Below are positions 45,416 to 51,549 of a stretch of DNA of 51,549 nt, one piece after another. Origin of the DNA: a virus (lineage: Duplodnaviria > Heunggongvirae > Uroviricota > Caudoviricetes); the IMG/VR virus record IMGVR_UViG_3300020045_006153, positions 1 through 51,549 of that record, one strand, 5' to 3'. The notes below the pieces were generated by a model. That model was not told the DNA's origin and ran no database searches. It worked only from the letters and a program-made list of their open reading frames with translations. The translations under genes were made by a program, and so were the position numbers. Every line of letters begins with the position of its first letter. Positions within the stretch are counted from its first letter, which is position 1.

Positions 45416-48400
45416 ATGAACAAACTAAAAATAGCAATAGTTGACTGCATCGGTCTCAATTACGATGGAACAACATTAACAAAAAAAGGAATTGGAGGAT
45501 CTGAATCTTCCATTATTTCAATTGCTAAGGAGTTAGCAAAAATAGATTTCGAAGTAACAATCTTTAATGATTGTGAAACAGTTGATACACTTCCTGGTGT
45601 ATATGACAATGTAACGTACTATCCAATAAAGGCGCTAGGCGAACAAGACTTTAACTTTGATATAGTTATAAGTCAACGTACGGTTATTCCATTTACTCCG
45701 ATCGAATTATATTCGCAAGTGCAGCAACCTGCACCCAGAGATTATAATCCCGCGTTCTTTACACAACTACAACGTCCAAATCAATTAAAGATTATTTGGA
45801 TGCAAGATACATTCATCTGGGGTGATCATTTACTCGAACAGTTAGTACTGGCTGGGAATATCGATGAAATATTCTGTCTTAGTGATTGGCATGTTAGTTA
45901 CACCACTCATTCTACCCATGGGCCGCGCCGTAATTTTGAAGTACTAAAAGACCATATATTCCACACTCGAAATGCAATTAATCGATGGATTGACTGGGTT
46001 GATGTAAAAGCAAAAGACCCTAACTTATTTGTTTATAATGCAAGTATTACAAAAGGAATGGAGCCATTAGTACGAAAAATTTGGCCGAGACTTAAGCAAC
46101 AATTACCGAATGCTAAATTAAAAATTATCGGAGGTTACTATAAGTTTAGAACAGAAGATGTAAGTAGTGCACAAGCACAAGTAATGGCATTACAGGATCT
46201 TACTAGAGATGATCCGACAGTAGAGTTTACTGGAATTATTCCTCAACCTAAAATTGCTGAAATCATGGCCCAGGCTAGTTATAATTTATTTCCAGCAGCC
46301 TATCCAGAAACCAGTGGCATCAGTTCAATTGAAAGTATTAATTATAATACACCAATTATCGGAACACGATTTGGCGCAATGGAAGAAAGTGCAACAGAAG
46401 TAGCATCGTATTTTATTGACTACGCTATCGAACCGAATGGGTTATTTCCTAATATTAATTCTGATACACAAGTAGACAAATATGTCGATGCAGTAGTTAA
46501 TATTGTACGCAATCCGTATCTACACCAACAGAAACAATACGCATGTAATGCAATTAAGGATGTATCAACCTGGGATACTGTTGCATTGCAATGGAAGCAG
46601 CATTTTTATAACATAGCAGAGTTGGCATTAACTACTGAAGAAAAAGAAAAAGTAGAATGGATTAACTATAGAGTACATAAGTCGTTTGAGCGTAGGTTTA
46701 TAAATCCAGAAGAAATTATTGTTACTCCTCCACAACTTACAACAGTACCGTTACCAGGTCAAACCGCTAGCATTGCTATTATTGATATTGTAGGCATGGC
46801 ATATGACGGTGATACATTAAATCGAAAAGGAATGGGCGGCAGCGAAAGCGCAGTTATTTTAATCAGTAAAGAACTGGCGGCGCTGGGCCTTAATGTAACT
46901 GTATTCAATGCATGCAATGAAGAAGGAAACACACCAGGAGTATATAACGGTGTAACATATAAGCCCCTTGCAGAAATAGTAAACGCTAATGCATTTGATG
47001 TTGTAATTAGTTCTCGGGTAGTATATCCATTTATTCAACCTAATAGATATAACTATCCGCAATCTACTAATAGAAAATTTGATTATTCTGCATTTGAAAA
47101 GATTCGTAATGCTGCAAAGTTAAAAGTATTTTGGATGCATGATACGTTTTGTTGGGGTGATGATATATTAGAAGACTTAGTAGTAGAAGGTAGCATTGAT
47201 GAAATTTGGACATTAAGCGACTTTCATGCAATGTATGTAATGAACTGCACACATGGACCGAATATGCGTAACTACGAAGTATTACGCAAACGTATGTGGA
47301 CTACACGTAACGGCATTGTAAAGTATTTTGACAAAGTTGATATTGATACAAAAGACCCTAATATGTTTATATTTAATGCAAATATGAGCAAAGGACTTTC
47401 ACCGTTGTTAAACAACGTATGGCCAAGAGTTAAAGTAAGATTACCTGATGCTAGATTAACTATAATCGGCGGCCATTATAAATTAGGTGCAGCGTTTGCC
47501 CACAACAATGAAGAAGACGAATTTATGAAGATTATAGGGTCACACCAATCAGACTCTACAATTACGTTTACTGGCATTATTAGTCAAAAAGAAGTTGCAG
47601 AATATAGTGCAAAAGCAAGTTACTTTATCTATCCTGCTGCGTTACCTGAAACGTACGGGATTAGTACACTAGAAGCATTATACGCAAATACTCCATTGTT
47701 GACTTGCAAGTTTGGTGCATTAGAAGAAACAGGCAGCAAGTATAGTTATTACATCGACTATGCAATTGTTCCAAACGGATTGTACCCTAATATCAATGCA
47801 GAAATACAGGCTGACAAATTTGTAGATATGGTAGTCGAAGCATACAACGATAAAGACTCACATCGATATCGAATGGAAGAACTTGACAACGTAAAAGATA
47901 TTGCCGGTTGGGATGCAACGGCATTAGAATGGAAACAACATATATACAACGAGTTTGGTTTATATCTAAGTAGATCAGAAAGTATTCGTGCAAATTATAC
48001 ACGATCCAAATATCATGAAATATTCGGACGTAGGCTGTCTACTAAAGAAGAATGGTTAGCGCCAGCACAAAAAACTGAACAAAAGATAGTTGTTATTAGT
48101 CCGCTTTATAATGCAAGAGACTATGTTACGCGGTGTATAGCCAGCGTTGCAGCCCAGAATTATAATAATTATGAACATTGGATTATAGACGATGCAAGTA
48201 CTGACGATTCTGTAAATGTTGCAAAAGAATACATCGAAGCATTACCATTACCTATCCAAGATAAGTTTAAACTATTTAGAAATAAAGAGAATCACGGAGC
48301 CGTATCAAATCATATATCTGTAATTAATCGCCAAGATTCTGATACAATTATTATAATGCTCGACGGTGATGATAGTTTAACCAATAAACCAGATGTGTTT

Positions 48401-50146
48401 ACCTACTACAATAAATTGCACAATGATTACGATTTTACGTATGGCTCGTGCTGGAGTATGGTAGATAATATTCCGTTGATCTCACAACCTTACCCTCCTT
48501 CTATTAAAGAAGCAAAGATGTATAAGGATTATAAGTTTAATTGGAATATGCCCTACACTCATTTACGCACAATGAAAGCATTTTTGTTGCAGGACCAAGA
48601 GTATACTAAATTTAAAGACGCAGACGGTAAATGGTTTAAAGCGGGCGGTGATAATGCTACATTCTATACAGCATTAGAGAAATGTGATCCAAATAGAGTA
48701 TATGTTGTTTCTGATATAGTGTACAATTATAATGATGCTAATCCGTTAAACGATTATAAAGTAAACAAAGACGAACAAGACCGTGCAATTACTGAAATTG
48801 TTTACACACGGCCTGTATCTATCAAAGAAGAAGTTAAAAATATTGTGAAAAAAATATTAATTGCAATTCCTACAAACAGAAACATAGAAGCACAAACATT
48901 TAAAAGTGTATACGATCTTATTATTCCAGACGGATACGAAGTTACATTTCAATACTATTGGGGTTATCAGGTTGATCAAGTACGCAATCTAATTGCACAT
49001 TGGACAACACAATATGGTTATGATTACCTATTTGCAGTAGATAGTGATATTGCGTTTGCTCCAGATACACTTGTAAAACTATTATCTCATAATAAAGATA
49101 TCGTTTCTGGAATTTACATTCAACGTATTCCAGGAACGCATACGATTGAAATTATGCGAAAGAATGCCCGCGGCGGTGTAAGTCACGTTAATTGGGCAGA
49201 AATTAAAGACAAAGGATTAGTACCAATTGATGGATGCGGGTTTGGCTGTGTGTTAATCAAGGCTGAAGTATTCGCAGCAATTCCGTATCCACATTTCTTG
49301 TATCATAGTGCATTAGATCATGCAAATACAGTAAGCGAAGATGTGCATTTCTGTAATCAAGTTAGAGATCGAGGATTTACACTATGGGCAGACACGACAA
49401 TACAATGTGAACACATTGGCTCGTGGACTTTTAGAGTAGATAACACTATTCCTGCAGTTACTGTTGAAGATCCAAACACTGCAAGATTGCGTGAACTAAG
49501 CAATATGCCATTATTGCCACAAGTGCATTACGATTATTTGGTAAGAATGCGTGATGAAATGCATATTAATCCAACAGTAATATATGACATTGGTGCTTGT
49601 GTATTACACTGGACAAATCGTGCAAAAACTGTTTGGCCAGCAAGTTTTACAGCATTCGAAGCAATGGATGAAACTGAATTTCTGTATAAAGAAGCAGGTA
49701 TCAATTATAGCATAGGTGTTTTAAGTTCAGAAGACGGTAAGGAAATTCCTTTCTATCAAAATATAGAGCACCCAGGCGGCAATAGTTATTATCGTGAAAA
49801 TGTAGAGTATAGTCCACCTGCTGCATTCTTATTTGACGATGCACATAAAGTAATAAAACGCACAATGACCTTAGATACTGTAGTGAAAACAATGGGCTTT
49901 CCTCTACCTGATTTAATTAAGATGGATGTGCAAGGTGCAGAGTTTGATGTGTTACGCGGTGCACAAGAAACATTGAAATCATGCAAGGACTTGATTTTAG
50001 AGTTACAACATGTAGAATACAATACAGGTGCTCCAATGAGAGAAGAAGTTATTACTTACTTAGATAGTATCGGATTTAGGTTAGTTACAGGAATGTTTGC
50101 CCAAGGCCCCGGCGACGGCGACTATCACTTCACTCGATATAAATAG
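45416..50146 (+). CDS. Five-domain glycosyltransferase-methyltransferase (GT4 + GT4 + GT2 + GT-A + FkbM-type MTase), 1576 aa
   Basis: Two GGSE...ETxGIS..E GT4 modules; ISPLYNA...IDDASTD...LDGDD GT2; IAIP...VDSD...GFGCVLIK GT-A; YDIGAC...IKMDVQGAE FkbM. Confidence 0.9.
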   Translation: MNKLKIAIVDCIGLNYDGTTLTKKGIGGSESSIISIAKELAKIDFEVTIFNDCETVDTLPGVYDNVTYYPIKALGEQDFNFDIVISQRTVIPFTPIELYSQVQQPAPRDYNPAFFTQLQRPNQLKIIWMQDTFIWGDHLLEQLVLAGNIDEIFCLSDWHVSYTTHSTHGPRRNFEVLKDHIFHTRNAINRWIDWVDVKAKDPNLFVYNASITKGMEPLVRKIWPRLKQQLPNAKLKIIGGYYKFRTEDVSSAQAQVMALQDLTRDDPTVEFTGIIPQPKIAEIMAQASYNLFPAAYPETSGISSIESINYNTPIIGTRFGAMEESATEVASYFIDYAIEPNGLFPNINSDTQVDKYVDAVVNIVRNPYLHQQKQYACNAIKDVSTWDTVALQWKQHFYNIAELALTTEEKEKVEWINYRVHKSFERRFINPEEIIVTPPQLTTVPLPGQTASIAIIDIVGMAYDGDTLNRKGMGGSESAVILISKELAALGLNVTVFNACNEEGNTPGVYNGVTYKPLAEIVNANAFDVVISSRVVYPFIQPNRYNYPQSTNRKFDYSAFEKIRNAAKLKVFWMHDTFCWGDDILEDLVVEGSIDEIWTLSDFHAMYVMNCTHGPNMRNYEVLRKRMWTTRNGIVKYFDKVDIDTKDPNMFIFNANMSKGLSPLLNNVWPRVKVRLPDARLTIIGGHYKLGAAFAHNNEEDEFMKIIGSHQSDSTITFTGIISQKEVAEYSAKASYFIYPAALPETYGISTLEALYANTPLLTCKFGALEETGSKYSYYIDYAIVPNGLYPNINAEIQADKFVDMVVEAYNDKDSHRYRMEELDNVKDIAGWDATALEWKQHIYNEFGLYLSRSESIRANYTRSKYHEIFGRRLSTKEEWLAPAQKTEQKIVVISPLYNARDYVTRCIASVAAQNYNNYEHWIIDDASTDDSVNVAKEYIEALPLPIQDKFKLFRNKENHGAVSNHISVINRQDSDTIIIMLDGDDSLTNKPDVFTYYNKLHNDYDFTYGSCWSMVDNIPLISQPYPPSIKEAKMYKDYKFNWNMPYTHLRTMKAFLLQDQEYTKFKDADGKWFKAGGDNATFYTALEKCDPNRVYVVSDIVYNYNDANPLNDYKVNKDEQDRAITEIVYTRPVSIKEEVKNIVKKILIAIPTNRNIEAQTFKSVYDLIIPDGYEVTFQYYWGYQVDQVRNLIAHWTTQYGYDYLFAVDSDIAFAPDTLVKLLSHNKDIVSGIYIQRIPGTHTIEIMRKNARGGVSHVNWAEIKDKGLVPIDGCGFGCVLIKAEVFAAIPYPHFLYHSALDHANTVSEDVHFCNQVRDRGFTLWADTTIQCEHIGSWTFRVDNTIPAVTVEDPNTARLRELSNMPLLPQVHYDYLVRMRDEMHINPTVIYDIGACVLHWTNRAKTVWPASFTAFEAMDETEFLYKEAGINYSIGVLSSEDGKEIPFYQNIEHPGGNSYYRENVEYSPPAAFLFDDAHKVIKRTMTLDTVVKTMGFPLPDLIKMDVQGAEFDVLRGAQETLKSCKDLILELQHVEYNTGAPMREEVITYLDSIGFRLVTGMFAQGPGDGDYHFTRYK
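50138..50145 (+). promoter_or_regulatory. TATAAATA late-type promoter upstream of the structured RNA
   Basis: Exact T4-late consensus overlapping the GT stop codon. Confidence 0.65.
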
Positions 50147-50154
50147 TATTAGAT

Positions 50155-50265
50155 AAGAATCCCCTTAGGATCCGTTGATGTAACGGAAGCGAGTTCGCTC
50201 GCTACAGGCGTCCGCGCAATTGAACTGCTCCGCGTAGTGAGCCCGGTATAAAGTAAGCCGGTTTA
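50155..50265 (+). ncRNA. Candidate structured non-coding RNA (two hairpins plus a pseudoknot)
   Basis: GC-rich island in AT-rich DNA. Hairpins TCCGTT/AACGGA and AGCGAG-TTCG-CTCGCT (UUCG tetraloop); CGCG/CGCG plus GCTC/GAGC pseudoknot; terminal CCGG/CCGG stem. Confidence 0.7.
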
Positions 50266-50277
50266 ATTTAAATACTA

Positions 50278-50358
50278 ATGAGCAATCCAAACGATTATCC
50301 TGTATATCCAGAAGACGATGGCACCGACAGGCCACGCAATCCCTATAGCCCTGTATAA
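50278..50358 (+). CDS. 26-aa Pro/Asp/Tyr-rich micropeptide (not in ORF track)
   Basis: MSNPNDYPVYPEDDGTDRPRNPYSPV*; TAAATA 3 nt upstream; the next ATG follows 1 nt after the stop. Confidence 0.55.
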   Translation: MSNPNDYPVYPEDDGTDRPRNPYSPV

Positions 50359-50359
50359 C

Positions 50360-50764
50360 ATGAAATTATTTGAATTCTCCTCTGCTCCTATCCCTGACTT
50401 TACTGTAATGATCAGTAAAATGTTACCTATCGCAATGAAGGAACTAAAATTAGATTCGTTGCCTCATATTGTATTAATGAAAGAATTAGATGATACTGAA
50501 CAACCTACGTTTGGTTGTTACGTTGCTGGTGAAAATGTATTGTTCTTATCACTAAATAATCGTCATCCAGTTGATGTGTTACGCACTTGTGCACACGAAT
50601 TAGTACATTATAAGCAAGATCTAGACGGAATTCTTGACGATGAAAGCGGTAATACAGGCAGTGATGTTGAAAATGAAGCAAATGCAAAAGGCGGTGTTAT
50701 TATGCGACATCTTAATAAAGCACATCCTGAGTTTATGCGGGCTGAACCAATTGAACTTCCATAA
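50360..50764 (+). CDS. Putative zinc metallopeptidase-like protein (HExxH)
   Basis: RTCAHELVHYKQ followed by ENEANA. Start moved to MKLFEF (50360). Confidence 0.7.
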   Translation: MKLFEFSSAPIPDFTVMISKMLPIAMKELKLDSLPHIVLMKELDDTEQPTFGCYVAGENVLFLSLNNRHPVDVLRTCAHELVHYKQDLDGILDDESGNTGSDVENEANAKGGVIMRHLNKAHPEFMRAEPIELP

Positions 50765-50765
50765 G

Positions 50766-50787
50766 AAAAGGACCCGAAGGTCCTTTT
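50766..50787. terminator. Bidirectional intrinsic terminator
   Basis: AAAAGGACC-CGAA-GGTCCTTTT between convergent genes. Confidence 0.9.
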
Positions 50788-50820
50788 TGTTTATCTAATA
50801 ACTAGTATTTTATATTGGGA

Positions 50821-51081
50821 CTATGTCCGGGTGTTATTAGACTTATTAACAAAGTCGTACATCTTTTCTGCAGTCTTCAAGATGTCCTCGAGACCTGGAA
50901 ATTCTGGCATTGCAACTTCTGTAACAATTTGATTAGCATCAATCCGGCGTGAAGTTATCTCCCATCCTTGAAACTTTGCTTGAAAGTCTTGCAATGCAAG
51001 ATCCTTTGCCATAGCAAGGATGTCTGTGCGGATCTCATATCCGTTCTTATTGAATTTAACTTCTGGAAATTTTGGTGTCAT
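50821..51081 (-). CDS. Hypothetical protein
   Basis: CAGGAG RBS before MTPKFPEVKFNKNGYEIR; start moved from 51165. Confidence 0.7.
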   Translation of the reverse strand: MTPKFPEVKFNKNGYEIRTDILAMAKDLALQDFQAKFQGWEITSRRIDANQIVTEVAMPEFPGLEDILKTAEKMYDFVNKSNNTRT

Positions 51082-51167
51082 TTTATTCTCCTGTGTGTGT
51101 ATGACGTCTTGTATACATTTTTGTGTACAATACATTAGTATATAGCCTGCAACGCAAAGATTCATTA

Positions 51168-51356
51168 TTAATCCTGGCTAATTTTGTCGACCAAGTCTAT
51201 ATTTGCTCCATATGCCTTAGACAAATGAGCAAACATTTTTTTAGCAGTATCTTGTTCGGATGCAGTTTGTCCCAAGGACAATTGAGAAAATTGTCCTAAG
51301 GCTTTAACTATTATTTCATGCTGATGCTTGCTAATAATAAGCGTAATGTCTGCCAT
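51168..51356 (-). CDS. Hypothetical protein, 62 aa
   Basis: AAGGTGG RBS-like sequence upstream. Confidence 0.6.
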   Translation of the reverse strand: MADITLIISKHQHEIIVKALGQFSQLSLGQTASEQDTAKKMFAHLSKAYGANIDLVDKISQD

Positions 51357-51365
51357 AATCCCACC

Positions 51366-51549
51366 TTAGCGATAGTGGTAGCCGATATTAGCAGAACGTT
51401 GGTTAAACTGTGCACGGTCATATACATTAATCCAATATTCTACATCACCAACACTTGTTGGTTCTTGACGAGTAATAAAATCGTCAAGGCGTTCTTGCTC
51501 TGTCGGAGCAGAAAATATCTTTTGTAAAGATTCAATAAATTTAGATAGC
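51366..51549 (-). CDS. Small hypothetical protein, 5' end outside the window (weak DUF3563-like resemblance)
   Basis: Open frame ..LSKFIESLQKIFSAPTEQERLDDFITRQEPTSVGDVEYWINVYDRAQFNQRSANIGYHYR* running off the window edge. Confidence 0.55.
   Translation of the reverse strand, partial: LSKFIESLQKIFSAPTEQERLDDFITRQEPTSVGDVEYWINVYDRAQFNQRSANIGYHYR

Noticed and set aside
50155-50265. Structured RNA as a tRNA, tmRNA fragment, hammerhead or canonical SAM-II riboswitch
   Set aside because: No cloverleaf, TTCGA T-loop or CCA end; no CUGANGA/GAAA core; SAM-II/V similarity is only partial, so it is kept as an unassigned candidate.
50798-50804. ATAACTA after the 50766 terminator as a late promoter
   Set aside because: It points into the 3' end of an opposite-strand gene with no downstream ORF; likely chance in AT-rich DNA.
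1-51549. Stop-codon reassignment, as seen in some large phages
   Set aside because: Long genes read through intact in code 11, and TAA, TGA and TAG all end coupled genes (e.g. TAG at 42057 and 50146, TGA at 20804).

Overview
A 51.5-kb, AT-rich, gene-dense segment that looks like part of a large lytic tailed-phage genome; environment and host are unknown. Evidence for phage origin: ATP-dependent DNA ligase, phage-borne IF-1, a SleB-type wall hydrolase, baseplate/fibre-like proteins with collagen-like repeats, host sigma70 early promoters and many T4-late-like (TA)TAAATA boxes. Layout: (1) 1-2.8 kb, small early genes, a GT9-like glycosyltransferase and a cell-wall hydrolase. (2) About 2.9-27.6 kb, a 25-kb 'tailoring enzyme' island with nine radical-SAM proteins in three paralogous sub-families, six cupin/2OG-Fe(II) oxygenase-like proteins, two kinase-fold proteins lacking the canonical catalytic Asp, a PLP-enzyme-like protein, an SGNH-like protein, a stand-alone carbamoyltransferase N-domain, a methyltransferase, a GNAT-like protein and several glycosyltransferase-like proteins. 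Its substrate is unknown. (3) 28-34 kb, a structural gene, an alpha/beta hydrolase, DNA ligase, an unannotated RMF-like microprotein, IF-1 and an HNH nuclease. (4) 34-45 kb, long fibre/baseplate-like proteins. (5) 45-51.5 kb, a secreted thermonuclease, a 1576-aa five-domain glycosyltransferase-methyltransferase, a GC-rich structured ncRNA candidate followed by a 26-aa ORF, and an HExxH protein. No tRNA, rRNA, CRISPR array, integrase or reverse transcriptase was seen. All family calls come from motifs recognised by eye, not database searches. Several start codons were moved from the supplied ORF track using RBS, promoter or gene-overlap evidence.
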